Source of the DNA: Syntrophales bacterium
Lineage (GTDB): Bacteria; Desulfobacterota; Syntrophia; Syntrophales; UBA6807
Direction of reading: 5' to 3'
DNA: 64,000 nt
Assembly (NCBI GenBank): GCA_040767195.1
Contig: JAXGPA010000001.1
Span: 416,001-480,000 of the forward strand
The translations under genes and the position numbers were made by a program. Positions 39,418-48,856 of this stretch are shown here, one piece after another (the first letter of the stretch is position 1; the number at the start of each line of letters is the position of its first letter). The notes beneath the pieces are model-generated. The model had not been told where the DNA came from. It saw nothing but the letters and a program-made list of their open reading frames with translations, and did no database searches.

Positions 39418-40905
39418 TCACCGCCTCAGATCCACCCTCAGGTCGAAACCCACCCGGTTGTCTCGGTTCAGGCTCGCCGAGGCGATTGTCACCGTCCTGA
39501 AAAGTGGCGAGGGGTCCAGGGCGGCCTTGATCTGGTCGACGGCATTGAAGCGGTCCGTTTCACCTCGGATCTCCAGGGTTTCCCCGTCCCAGGACAGCGC
39601 CTTGATAATGAAAAAGGCGTCAGGGTCGACGAGGCGGCTGATCTCCCGGAGCAGAACGAGGATCGATTCCTCCCCCTCCCCTTTCCCCGGGAGGAGAGAC
39701 CGTTTCCCCGCCTCGTCGAGGGCCACTTTCATCTGCTGCAGGGGGTCGACGACGCGGCTCACCTGGGGGAGGGTCTCCCGAAAAATAAGGGAGACCTCGT
39801 TCTTCAGGGCCTGAAGGTGCCTGTTGTCCCGGGAATAGTCGAGATAAAAATCGACACCCCCGAGAAGGAGAAGGGAAAGAATCAGCAGGAGGGCCCGCAC
39901 CCCCTGTTTTCTCAGTTCTCGATGGGGTTTTCGGGGCGAAAATTCGTCCCGGGCGAAATTGACGCCCGCCGCCTTTCTGAAGTTCCGGGACGCCAGGGCC
40001 AGGGCCAGGTTCATCTCCGGCGGATCCCAGAAGGTTTTCACGGAATCGACCATGGGCATGGATTCCAGGAGGGCCAGATCCACGGGAGAGACCGGCATCT
40101 CGAGAACCCGGGCCAGCCTGTCCATCAGGCCCGGCGTTTTGGCCCCCGGACCACCGAACAGAACCCGGCCGGGCAGGGTGGGAATCTCCTCCCGCCACCG
40201 GAGGGACAGGCAGGTGTTACGGATCTGCCGGAACAGGGCCTCTTCCCTCTCGCTTCGATCTTCCCGTTCCACTCCGGGCAATTCTCCCGGCGGATCCCCC
40301 GAGCGGACCGCGTTCGCCGCGAGAAAAAAGGATCTCACGGAAATGATCCGCCCGTCCCGGCAGAGGAACGCCGTCCAGTCTGAATCGTGGGCATGGAGGT
40401 AGAGGATTGTTTCCCCCGTCTTTTCGAGGTCCGCGAGCCTGACCGCCAGGGGCAGGATCCCCCCGTCGATGATCGCCGCTTCCTTGCCGGCGGCCTTGAG
40501 GAGGGCGACCCGGGCCTCCACCCTTTCCCGCGGGACGGACACGCCAAGGAGATCCGTCGCGTCGGTCTCGCCGATGACCATGAAATCGTGGAGGCGCTCT
40601 CCCTCCCCGGGAGGAAGGAGATGCTCCATTTCCATGGGGAGCACACGGGCGATCTTCTTTCGGTCCCGGAAAGGAAGCCGCAACCGGTGAAAGGAGCAGT
40701 CCCGGGCGGAAACGGCGGTGATGAGGGTTCCTTCCCGCCACGCCCCTTCTTCCAGGAGTTTCGAAAGAGCGCCTTCGACATCGACGCCGTTGGAAACAGG
40801 CACGACTTGGCACCCCACGATCTCCGTACCCCGGAGTCCCGCTAAGACCCGGACGGCCCGGACGGCGTCTTCCCCTATGTCGAGCCCCACCCTTGATTCC
40901 GCCAT
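39418..40905 (-). CDS. gspL: Type II secretion protein GspL (PilM/PilN-like)
   Basis: VGLDIG actin-like N-terminus, VNFAR + TM, VDPLQQM, periplasmic domain. Confidence 0.85.
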   Translation of the reverse strand: MAESRVGLDIGEDAVRAVRVLAGLRGTEIVGCQVVPVSNGVDVEGALSKLLEEGAWREGTLITAVSARDCSFHRLRLPFRDRKKIARVLPMEMEHLLPPGEGERLHDFMVIGETDATDLLGVSVPRERVEARVALLKAAGKEAAIIDGGILPLAVRLADLEKTGETILYLHAHDSDWTAFLCRDGRIISVRSFFLAANAVRSGDPPGELPGVEREDRSEREEALFRQIRNTCLSLRWREEIPTLPGRVLFGGPGAKTPGLMDRLARVLEMPVSPVDLALLESMPMVDSVKTFWDPPEMNLALALASRNFRKAAGVNFARDEFSPRKPHRELRKQGVRALLLILSLLLLGGVDFYLDYSRDNRHLQALKNEVSLIFRETLPQVSRVVDPLQQMKVALDEAGKRSLLPGKGEGEESILVLLREISRLVDPDAFFIIKALSWDGETLEIRGETDRFNAVDQIKAALDPSPLFRTVTIASASLNRDNRVGFDLRVDLRR

Positions 40906-41873
40906 CAGGTTTCTCTCCAGTCGAGGGTCACCAGCCCCCCCCCCTCGCCCCGTCGAAGAACGGCGGCAACCTGTCTCGGGATGTGCCTGAAACGGCCTGA
41001 AGCGGTGACACGGAAAACGGACCCGGCCGTTTTCAGGACGGGGGGCAGGACGATACCGCTCATCCCAGGAACCTTCTCAACCCACCGCCCGTCGGCCAGG
41101 TCGTTGTCGGCGTTACGCCTGTATTCGTCGAGAGCCCTGGCCCGTTCTTCATCCATGTCTTCGGACAGGGCCATGAGAACGGCTAACGGGGCCGTGTTGA
41201 TATTGATTTTTCCGTCTCCGTAAACGGTCAGGCAGTCCCGCAAACCCGGCCTTCCTTCTGTCCCTTCGAAGAGTTCCTCCGTGACGCCCCGAACGAGCCG
41301 CAGTTCCTCCACCCGGTCCAGGGGGCCGTTCTTGCACTGGTGAGGCGTCTCCAGGGACCGGTAATAGGAATTTTCCGCCCCGAATCCCGTAACATCGTCA
41401 TCGGAGTCAATCCAGTCTTTCAGGGCATCCACGAGATCCCGGACGTCATTCTCCGCCAGCCGGAATTCCGGCAGAAGCAGGAGCCGCGACAGGATATCCC
41501 TGATTTCAGCCTGGTATTCATTTCCGGCCACAAGGTTGTTTACGGGGATCTTACCGGATTCATCCTCAATTTTCAAAAGAAAGGACCCTTCGGAAAAAAG
41601 AAGCGTCGACTGGGCGGAAAGGACCTCCGCCCGCGCCCAGGTTTCCAGGAATGAATCGACGGAGGCGTCGTCCTCCCCCAGAAGGGCTCTCCCGAGATGG
41701 ACACCCGATTTGGCGATGTAAAGAGCCCGGAAACCGTCAGCCAGGTTCGCCGCTTCATGGAGCTGGGCCCGGGAGGCCCGATTCAGGTCCAGCGTCATGG
41801 GGATGACAAGCCCGAGCACGAGAAGAACCAGAAGGACCGCAACACCTCTTGAGTTTCCCGTCTTGATTCTCAC
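40905..41873 (-). CDS. gspK: Minor pseudopilin GspK
   Basis: RG|VAVLLVL, DESGKIPVN, DWIDSDD, EELRLVRG, ININTA. Confidence 0.93.
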   Translation of the reverse strand: MRIKTGNSRGVAVLLVLLVLGLVIPMTLDLNRASRAQLHEAANLADGFRALYIAKSGVHLGRALLGEDDASVDSFLETWARAEVLSAQSTLLFSEGSFLLKIEDESGKIPVNNLVAGNEYQAEIRDILSRLLLLPEFRLAENDVRDLVDALKDWIDSDDDVTGFGAENSYYRSLETPHQCKNGPLDRVEELRLVRGVTEELFEGTEGRPGLRDCLTVYGDGKININTAPLAVLMALSEDMDEERARALDEYRRNADNDLADGRWVEKVPGMSGIVLPPVLKTAGSVFRVTASGRFRHIPRQVAAVLRRGEGGGLVTLDWRET

Positions 41874-41875
41874 GT

Positions 41876-42604
41876 TCAGGCCCCCAGGGGGATGAAGACG
41901 GCGGTCATGAACGGGAAGGGACGGTCCTGGTCTGTCCTGTTAACAAGCCAAAGTTCTACGGTGATCCGGTCGGGAACTTTGCCCGACATGGCCGCCTCCT
42001 GGGACAGGGAATCCCAGTCCTCGTATTCCGATCCTTCCCGGTAAAAGCGGAAAATCATGGACTTGACGGACTCGCAAAGAACAAACCCGCCTTTTTCCCC
42101 GTCCCGGGCGGTCACATCCAGGGAGGCCTCGTCCCGATAGGGAACCTCCTGCCGGACCAGGGCATATCCGGCATCATCCCCATCGCTCTCGGACTTTTCC
42201 CGCAGAAAATAGTCGATCCGGGAGAGGCCGGAGGCCGATTCCCTGAGGAAAGGAACGGTGGATCGCGAGAGAAAAGAGATGTCCCGGCCCGCTTCAGGAT
42301 ACTTTCCCTCCCGGGAGACAAGGAAAAAGGACCCTTCCGCCATTCCCAGGGAAGCGAGATCCGTGGCGAGGGTGTCCAGGGTGTCCCGGGCCATTCGATA
42401 GACCCGGTCCTCGGTAACGACGGCGTTCACGATTTTTTCCGTCCCGCCGAAAGCCCCGTAGACAAGGGCAGTGACGACGGCGAGGAGGGTGACGGCAAGA
42501 AGGATCTCCAAGAGAGTGAACCCGGCGGCGGAAGCGACCCGGCCCCGCCGGACGGGGTGGACGCCAGGGGAAAAGCGCGATTTTTTCATGTGCTGGCGCC
42601 TCAT
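41876..42604 (-). CDS. gspJ: Minor pseudopilin GspJ
   Basis: AG|FTLLEILLAV; position between gspI and gspK. Confidence 0.85.
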   Translation of the reverse strand: MRRQHMKKSRFSPGVHPVRRGRVASAAGFTLLEILLAVTLLAVVTALVYGAFGGTEKIVNAVVTEDRVYRMARDTLDTLATDLASLGMAEGSFFLVSREGKYPEAGRDISFLSRSTVPFLRESASGLSRIDYFLREKSESDGDDAGYALVRQEVPYRDEASLDVTARDGEKGGFVLCESVKSMIFRFYREGSEYEDWDSLSQEAAMSGKVPDRITVELWLVNRTDQDRPFPFMTAVFIPLGA

Positions 42605-42963
42605 GACCCCTCGTATCGATATAATTCCAGAAGGTAAGGAGCGAAGGCGCCTCCTTCCTTGCCCACCGTGACGGTCACTTTTTTGATTCCCGTTATTTCC
42701 GTCTGCTCAACGGTCGTCTCCCAGTAAAAGTCTTCGAAAGGAACCTCCCAGGATCCTGATTCCGGCGCACCCGCTTCTCCCTGGCCGGACTCGAGGCCCA
42801 CCATCTTTTCCCGGGCGAGGAAAGCCACATGGGTCAGGTACCGGGCCTCCTCGCCCATGGACACGCTCTGGGCCTGGTTCCGAAAGGCGGCGACCAGGAC
42901 CAGGGCAAGAATGGAAAGGGCGATCATGATCTCCAGGAACGTAAATCCCACCGGCCGATTCAT
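42601..42963 (-). CDS. gspI: Minor pseudopilin GspI
   Basis: G|FTFLEIMIAL; KVTVTV. Confidence 0.85.
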   Translation of the reverse strand: MNRPVGFTFLEIMIALSILALVLVAAFRNQAQSVSMGEEARYLTHVAFLAREKMVGLESGQGEAGAPESGSWEVPFEDFYWETTVEQTEITGIKKVTVTVGKEGGAFAPYLLELYRYEGS

Positions 42964-43847
42964 GGCATGATTTCGATACGGTATTTCTCTTTCAGCTTTT
43001 CAAAGGCTTTTTCGATACATTCTCTTTGTTTTTCCTGGATCATCATGGCCCTTATTCTCGGGGCGGCGGCGCTCAGTTCCTGTGTTTCTCCGGGCCGGCG
43101 ATCCTCGACCTGGATGATGTGAAAACCGTGGATGGTCCGGACGGGGTCGCTGGTCTCCCCCTTTTTCATGGAAAAGGCGGCATCGGAAAAGGGTTTTTCC
43201 ATCCTTTCGGGGGTAAAATATCCCAGGTCCCCTCCCTTGTACTTGGTAGCCGGGTCATCGGAAAAATCACGGGCCAGCTTCCAGAAGCTCTCTCCCGAGT
43301 CGACTTGTTTTCGGACCGTCTTCGCCTTCTCCAGGGCCTGGTTGACGGCGTCCTCTCCGGCGCCTTCAGGGACCTGGATCAGGATGTGGCGGGCCCGAAC
43401 CGCATCTCCCTTCCGGAACATCCCCTCATGGGTCTTATAAAAAGCTTCTATCTCCTCCGGCGGGGGATCGGGCGGGGTCGGGCAGACTTTCTGAAGATAC
43501 GCTTGGGACAGGATGCCTTTGGCGGCGTCGTCCAGCTTCTTTTTCACCTCTTCCGCCTCGTCCATTTTCTCGTCCCGGGCGGCCAGGGAGAAGGCCTCCA
43601 TCTGAACAATCCGCTCCATGAAAGATTTGCGATGAACCGGATTCTGAAGTATGTTTCTATATTCCACGGGAAGCCCCTGGATCTGGGCATCCAGGTCCTT
43701 TTCCGTGAACACTTTGTCCCCGATTCTGGCCAGGACGGCAGTTTCCTTCGTCTCCGGCGATTCAGCCGGTCCCGCGGCAAGGGCCGCCGAAGCGGCGATG
43801 AAAATCACTAAAACAAAAAACAGGTCCTTTCTGATGATGAATGTCAT
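42960..43847 (-). CDS. Exported parvulin-type peptidyl-prolyl isomerase (PrsA/PpiC-like)
   Basis: Signal peptide; VRARHILI, FWKLARDFSDD, GGDLGYF, GFHIIQV. Confidence 0.92.
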   Translation of the reverse strand: MTFIIRKDLFFVLVIFIAASAALAAGPAESPETKETAVLARIGDKVFTEKDLDAQIQGLPVEYRNILQNPVHRKSFMERIVQMEAFSLAARDEKMDEAEEVKKKLDDAAKGILSQAYLQKVCPTPPDPPPEEIEAFYKTHEGMFRKGDAVRARHILIQVPEGAGEDAVNQALEKAKTVRKQVDSGESFWKLARDFSDDPATKYKGGDLGYFTPERMEKPFSDAAFSMKKGETSDPVRTIHGFHIIQVEDRRPGETQELSAAAPRIRAMMIQEKQRECIEKAFEKLKEKYRIEIMP

Positions 43848-43859
43848 TCCGATCTCCTT

Positions 43860-44390
43860 TCAGGAAAAGTTTCCCGAGCCCGTTTCGACTTCCGATTCTT
43901 CATAAGACACATAGCGCTCAAAAACGCGCAAATTTCCTAAAAACGGTTCCAGGACCAGGGACAGGTCCCGATCTTTTTCCTGGAGGTGAAAAACGGACGG
44001 GACAGCCGTCCCGTCCTTGAAGAAGAGAACTTCCGCCTCTCCTTCGATGATTTTCCCGCCGCCACGGAATTCCAGGTCCCGGACCGTCACGCCGTGAGGC
44101 AGAGGCCAGGCCTTTTTCCAGGCTCTTTCCCGGGCTTCCGGGGAGTCTTCTTTCCGGTAAACGGCCACCTTGCCCTCATTCAGGTTCAAAGACAGGACCT
44201 GGTCGGCATACTCCCGGACGGCCTGGTACCGGAGTTCCCGGGACAGACCGGCCATGTGCCGCCGCGCTTCGCCGAGGCCGTCACCGGAGAGCCACCCCTG
44301 AAAGGCTGGAAAAGCCACGAAAAAGGCCAGCCCCACGATCCAGACGACGATAACGAGTTCCAGGAGCGTGAACCCTTTTTCAGTCCACAT
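43860..44390 (-). CDS. gspH: Minor pseudopilin GspH
   Basis: KG|FTLLELVIVV; FFKDG; start at ATG 44390 overlapping the gspG end. Confidence 0.83.
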   Translation of the reverse strand: MWTEKGFTLLELVIVVWIVGLAFFVAFPAFQGWLSGDGLGEARRHMAGLSRELRYQAVREYADQVLSLNLNEGKVAVYRKEDSPEARERAWKKAWPLPHGVTVRDLEFRGGGKIIEGEAEVLFFKDGTAVPSVFHLQEKDRDLSLVLEPFLGNLRVFERYVSYEESEVETGSGNFS

Positions 44391-44820
44391 CGTGATTGGT
44401 GATGTCCCTGTTCTTTCCTTCTCCACCTGGTTCCCCGTCGGCGCCATAGGAAATGAGGTCGTATTCTTCCTCGATACCGGGGCAGAGGTACACGTATTCA
44501 TTGCCCCATGGGTCTTTGGGGATTCTTCCCTTGTCCAGATAGCCCCCCTGGCGCCAGTTTCTCGGAAGGTCCCCCACGGAAGGCGGTTCCACGAGGGCTT
44601 GGAGCCCCTGTTCCGTGGACGGGTAATCCCCGTTGTCGAGCCGGTAAAGTTTCAGCGCCGTGTCGAGACTTTCCAGCTGGATCCGGGCCTTCGCCTGCCG
44701 GGCCTCCTCCGGGCGCCCCATGATCCGGGGAACGATGAGCCCGGCCAGAATTCCGAGAATGACGACCACCACCATGAGTTCTATGAGGGTGAAACCCCCG
44801 CTCTTTCGAATCGATGCCAT
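44380..44820 (-). CDS. gspG: Major pseudopilin GspG
   Basis: GG|FTLIELMVVVVILGILA, YPSTEQGLQAL, PKDPWGNEYVY, SYGADG. Confidence 0.97.
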   Translation of the reverse strand: MASIRKSGGFTLIELMVVVVILGILAGLIVPRIMGRPEEARQAKARIQLESLDTALKLYRLDNGDYPSTEQGLQALVEPPSVGDLPRNWRQGGYLDKGRIPKDPWGNEYVYLCPGIEEEYDLISYGADGEPGGEGKNRDITNHDVD

Positions 44821-44901
44821 GCCTTTCCTCACCTCGTTTCCCTCCGTGTCTTCACCTGCCGAGTCCCGTCTCCACGGGCCGGCGGTCACGGACGGGACAT
44901 T

Positions 44902-46128
44902 TTAACGGATTAACTGGTTCATTTCAAATATGGGCAATAAAATCGAAACGACGATAAACGCCACCAGGAGGCCCATGACGAGGATCATCACCGGCTCGAG
45001 AAGAGACGTCAGGACCACGAGCCTCGACGCGGCTTCGTCCTCGTAGCTCCGGGAAACCTTGAGGAGCATGTTTTCCAGGGCCCCGCTCTGTTCCCCTACG
45101 GAAATCATCTGGATAACGAAGGGAGGGAAGAGGTCGCTTCCCGACAGGGTGTCCGCCAGGGTCCGGCCCTCGGCCAACTCGGTACCCGCCCTCTCGATCA
45201 ACGACGCCATGGGACGGTTGTGAACCACCCGTCTCGATATTTCCAGGGCCGTCAGAAGGGGCACGCCGCTCTGAAGGAGTGTCCCCAGGGTATGGGCGAA
45301 CCGGGCCAGGAGGACCTTGTGAAAGACCGTCCCCGCCAGGGGTACTTTCAATTTCAGGCGGTCCATGAAAAAGGCCCATTTTTCCGATCTTCGAACACCG
45401 AGGCGAAGGGCGATGTAAACAAAGGCCGCGACAAGAGCCATGGCCCACCAGTAAGAGCGGACTGTTTCGGAAACACCGAGGAGAATCTCCGTGATGAGGG
45501 GAAGATCCTGGTTCACCTCTTCGAAGATGCTTGTAATTTTCGGTATGATGACCGTCGTGAGAAAAAAGAGGACCAGCGCTCCCACGAAAAACATGAAAAA
45601 CGGATAGGCGAGAGAGGCCGTTATTTTTCCCCGGAGGGCCTGCTGCATCTCCGTGTAGTCGGCCACCCGTTCGAGGACGAGGTGAAGGGTCCCCGACGTT
45701 TCACCGGCCCTCACCATGTTGACGTAGAAGGGGGAGAAGACACGGGGGTAGCCGGCCAGGCTGCCGGCAAAACTCTCCCCTTCATTGATCTGCTCCCGGA
45801 GCTCCGCGAGGATCTTCTTCAGCCTCGGGTTGGCCGTCTGGTCGAGGAGGGAAGACAAAGCCGGGACCAGGGGAAGCCCCGCTCCCAGGAGCGTGGCCAG
45901 CTCCCGGGTCATGGCGGAAACGTCCCGGTGACTGGCGCCCCTTAACCGGAAGCGGCCCAAAAAAACCTTTCCCCCGGGGGCTTCTTTTTCCGTCGTTTCC
46001 TTGATCTCAACGGGATAGTGCCCCCTTTCCCGAAGCTTTCCCTTTACCGCGGCCAGGCTTTCCGCGTCGAGGATCCCTTTTCGCTTCCGGCCCTTACCGT
46101 CGAAAGCCTCGTACTCAAAAACAGGCAT
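44902..46128 (-). CDS. gspF: Type II secretion platform protein GspF
   Basis: MPVFEYEA, RELATLLGAGLPL, AGETSGTL, LAYP, GEQSGAL, LLEPVMI. Confidence 0.95.
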   Translation of the reverse strand: MPVFEYEAFDGKGRKRKGILDAESLAAVKGKLRERGHYPVEIKETTEKEAPGGKVFLGRFRLRGASHRDVSAMTRELATLLGAGLPLVPALSSLLDQTANPRLKKILAELREQINEGESFAGSLAGYPRVFSPFYVNMVRAGETSGTLHLVLERVADYTEMQQALRGKITASLAYPFFMFFVGALVLFFLTTVIIPKITSIFEEVNQDLPLITEILLGVSETVRSYWWAMALVAAFVYIALRLGVRRSEKWAFFMDRLKLKVPLAGTVFHKVLLARFAHTLGTLLQSGVPLLTALEISRRVVHNRPMASLIERAGTELAEGRTLADTLSGSDLFPPFVIQMISVGEQSGALENMLLKVSRSYEDEAASRLVVLTSLLEPVMILVMGLLVAFIVVSILLPIFEMNQLIR

Positions 46129-46536
46129 AAAAAAAGGGGACAGATTTATTTTTTTTATCTATTGATATTTGGATATTCATTCGTTACAAGGGTTTCATGC
46201 CAAGAACATGACGGATTATCATCGCCAACTACCCTCATCATATAATACAGCGCGGCCACAACAGGCAAGCCGTTTTCACCTCCGAAGGCGATTTCCTGTA
46301 TTATCTCGCCACGCTTCAGGAATGGAAAGATATTTATGATTGCAGGATTTATGCCTACTGCCTGATGGCAAATCACGTTCACCTTGTCATCGAGCCCGGA
46401 GAAAATGAACGTGATCTTTCTTGACTCATGAAACGAGTCGCCGGTCGTCAGACACGATACGTGAACAGGCGACACAACCGATCGGGGACCCTGTGGGAAG
46501 GTCGCTTCAAATTTTCCCTTTTTTGTCCCTTTTTTT
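46129..46536 (+). mobile_element. Decayed RAYT/Y1-transposase element with A7-G3/4-ACA inverted ends
   Basis: AAAAAAAGGGGACA (46129-46142) and TGTCCCTTTTTTT (46524-46536) are inverted; AT-rich interior encodes a transposase remnant. Confidence 0.7.
46197..46515 (+). pseudogene. REP-associated tyrosine transposase (Y1_Tnp) pseudogene
   Basis: MPRT*RIIIANYPHHIIQRGHNRQAVF...AYCLMANHVHLVI...DLS*LMKRVAGRQTRYVNRRHNRSGTLWEGRFK; stops at 46209 and 46422; C-terminus missing. Confidence 0.88.
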
Positions 46537-46537
46537 C

Positions 46538-47194
46538 TCAGCGGCTTATGGTGACGCCGACGCGGTCGCATGACGCTGCCACGGGGCAACGGCTGCACAG
46601 GGGGGAGACGGGTTTGCAGATTTTTTTGCCGAAAGCCACGAGGAGGGTGTTGTAGGCGGACCACTCGTCCCGGGGCAGTTTCTTTCTCAAGGCCCGTTCC
46701 GTTTCATCCGGGGTTTTCGTTGAGACGTACCCAAACCGGTTGGAAATGCGGTGAACATGCGTGTCCACGCAGATGCCCGGCTTTCCGAAGGCCATGGTAA
46801 TGACGAGATTGGCCGTCTTTCTCCCCACGCCTTTCAGTGCCAGGAGTTCCTCCAGGGTCCGGGGAACCCGGCCCCCGTGTTTTTTCAGGAGTTCGCGACT
46901 CACGTGGAGGACCGTCTTCGCCTTGGTCCGGTAGAACCCGACGGGAAAGATGATATGGGCGATCCGCTCTTCCGGGAGCGCGACCATTTCCGCCGGGGTG
47001 GCGGCCAGGGCGAAAAGCCGGTCCGCCGCCGCCCCCGTCACCTCGTCCTTGGTCCGAAGGCTGAGAAGAGTGGACACCAGGATCCGGTAAGGATCCCGGT
47101 CCGTCTTCACCATGTCCGCCACGAGAGGGAGGTCTTCCTCACCCAGTTCTTCTCTTAGGGTGGCCAGAACGGAAACGAGCGTTTCCGTTTTCAA
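46538..47194 (-). CDS. nth: Endonuclease III
   Basis: LLSLRTKD, LKGVGRKTAN, VDTHVHR, CKPVSPLCSRCPVAASC. Confidence 0.95.
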   Translation of the reverse strand: MKTETLVSVLATLREELGEEDLPLVADMVKTDRDPYRILVSTLLSLRTKDEVTGAAADRLFALAATPAEMVALPEERIAHIIFPVGFYRTKAKTVLHVSRELLKKHGGRVPRTLEELLALKGVGRKTANLVITMAFGKPGICVDTHVHRISNRFGYVSTKTPDETERALRKKLPRDEWSAYNTLLVAFGKKICKPVSPLCSRCPVAASCDRVGVTISR

Positions 47195-47196
47195 CG

Positions 47197-48045
47197 CTAT
47201 TCGTATCCTTCCTCGTTAGCCAGGATATCCAGGTGGATGGTGGCGAAATCCTCCACGTCCAGGCAGGCGGCCCGGTCCATCTTCCGGAAATCGACGGTCT
47301 TGATGTACCGGTTACAGTTGTTGCACACATCCACCCGGTACTGTTCCTCGCCCTCGACGGTGAAATAGGCCAGGGAGTCCTGATCGTCGTTCCCGCAGAA
47401 GGGACAGCGGATTCGGTTGAAAGACCACTCGTAACCGCACTGGTTGCAGAAGAGAAAGCGCCTTCCTTCTTCCTCGCGAATTTCAGCGATCTTGGGCTCC
47501 CGCCCGCATATGGGGCAAAACCCCTCGTTCCAGGGTGTCTTCTTCAGAAGGGGGGCGTAGATTTCCGCCACTCTTTCCAGGGAAGGCCGGAGGCTTTCCT
47601 CGATAAAGAGGCTGAGGAGATCGAACACATCCCCGCTCTCTTCATCATCCTCGTCTTTGTCACCGGCCGTTTCGTCACCGGCTTCGGAAAAGGACTCCCG
47701 GACGACTTTCTCGTAGGAGAGCGCCCCCGTTTCCAGCTCCTCGAGGATGCGATCCACCTCTTCCGGTGACTTCTTCCGGCCGATTTCCAGGAGATCCCGG
47801 AAATACGCTTCCGGTTCCTCCAGGTGTAGAACGCCGCCGGAGAAATCGACAAGGGGAAAGCCGCCGCCGATTTTCCGTTCCGCTATCTTTTCCTCCATGG
47901 AAACCAGGGAGGCCCCGGACAGTCGTCGCTTTTCTTCCCGAAGAATAAGGATGTCCTGAAGGATGTCGAGGAGTTCCCCGTAATGGGGCTGTTCGCTTTT
48001 GTAATGCTCTATGGTTTTCAGTGATTGTTTCAATATGGCTGCCAT
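47197..48045 (-). CDS. fdhE: Formate dehydrogenase accessory protein FdhE
   Basis: CPICG, CNQC..W..RIRCPFCG, CNNCNRYIK, LDILA. Confidence 0.93.
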   Translation of the reverse strand: MAAILKQSLKTIEHYKSEQPHYGELLDILQDILILREEKRRLSGASLVSMEEKIAERKIGGGFPLVDFSGGVLHLEEPEAYFRDLLEIGRKKSPEEVDRILEELETGALSYEKVVRESFSEAGDETAGDKDEDDEESGDVFDLLSLFIEESLRPSLERVAEIYAPLLKKTPWNEGFCPICGREPKIAEIREEEGRRFLFCNQCGYEWSFNRIRCPFCGNDDQDSLAYFTVEGEEQYRVDVCNNCNRYIKTVDFRKMDRAACLDVEDFATIHLDILANEEGYE

Positions 48046-48126
48046 GAAAAAGTCGACCTCTTTTTTATTGACCCCAAACCGGGATCCGAATCTCGTCATA
48101 AATCATTCCGGTCCATTCGGCAAGGT

Positions 48127-48164
48127 AAAAAAAGGACCCGCCCCGGTGAGCGGGACGGGTCCTT
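48127..48164 (-). terminator. Intrinsic terminator after fdnI
   Basis: Minus strand AAGGACCCGTCCCG-CTCAC-CGGGGCGGGTCCTT continuing into a T run. Confidence 0.8.
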
Positions 48165-48186
48165 CACTGTCAGGCTGTGTCAATGT

Positions 48187-48855
48187 TCAGTGAGAAGGGG
48201 CTGTCTTCTCTTCTCCGTATACTTCGAGCTTTCCTTCCTCTTCCATCTCACGGAGCCACTTGGGGCACTGCTTCTCGCACCAGGCCCGGGTCACGTACCC
48301 CGTCACGATGGCCGGGAACGAACCGGGAACACCGATCGTCCCAAGGTACAGGTGAATGAAAAAGAACGGAAACAAAACAACGAAACCCAGGGCATGGAGG
48401 AAATACATGAGCCGAACCGTGCCCACCGAAAAGGACAGGGGAAACCACATGATGAGACCGCTCACCACCATGACGATACCGAACCCCGCCACGGCCAGAA
48501 AAAACGCCTTCTGACCGGGATTGTACTTCCCCGTCTCCGGGGGATGCTCCACGTGCCACAAATACCCGCCGGCGCACTTGATCCACTCCAGATCATCGGG
48601 AAAATCGAAAATCGCCGCCTCGCGCCACCAGATGAGTATCCCGAAAAAAAGCGCCGGGGCGAAAACCAGGCCCGAAAAATTGTGGATCAGCTTCAGGTTC
48701 TTCAAACCCCCAACGGGTATCGCCAGAAAATTCAGGGAATGGAACATCATCCCCAAACCCGAAACAGCCAGGATCAGAAAGGAGCCGGCAAGGCACCAGT
48801 GGACGATCCTCTCGAAACCATCAGATACTTTGATCATTCCTTTTTTCGGTATCAT
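48187..48855 (-). CDS. fdnI: Formate dehydrogenase gamma subunit (cytochrome b)
   Basis: ERIVHW, IHNFSG, GKYNPGQK, LHAL..IHLY heme-ligating His. Confidence 0.93.
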   Translation of the reverse strand: MIPKKGMIKVSDGFERIVHWCLAGSFLILAVSGLGMMFHSLNFLAIPVGGLKNLKLIHNFSGLVFAPALFFGILIWWREAAIFDFPDDLEWIKCAGGYLWHVEHPPETGKYNPGQKAFFLAVAGFGIVMVVSGLIMWFPLSFSVGTVRLMYFLHALGFVVLFPFFFIHLYLGTIGVPGSFPAIVTGYVTRAWCEKQCPKWLREMEEEGKLEVYGEEKTAPSH

Positions 48856-48856
48856 C

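Noticed and set aside
46209..46424. Two in-frame TGA codons in the transposase as selenocysteine
   Set aside because: They are not at Cys-type catalytic positions, no SECIS-like hairpin is evident and the gene is also truncated; ordinary decay
46155..46664. 169-aa minus-strand ORF between gspF and nth
   Set aside because: Antisense to the transposase remnant and overlapping nth
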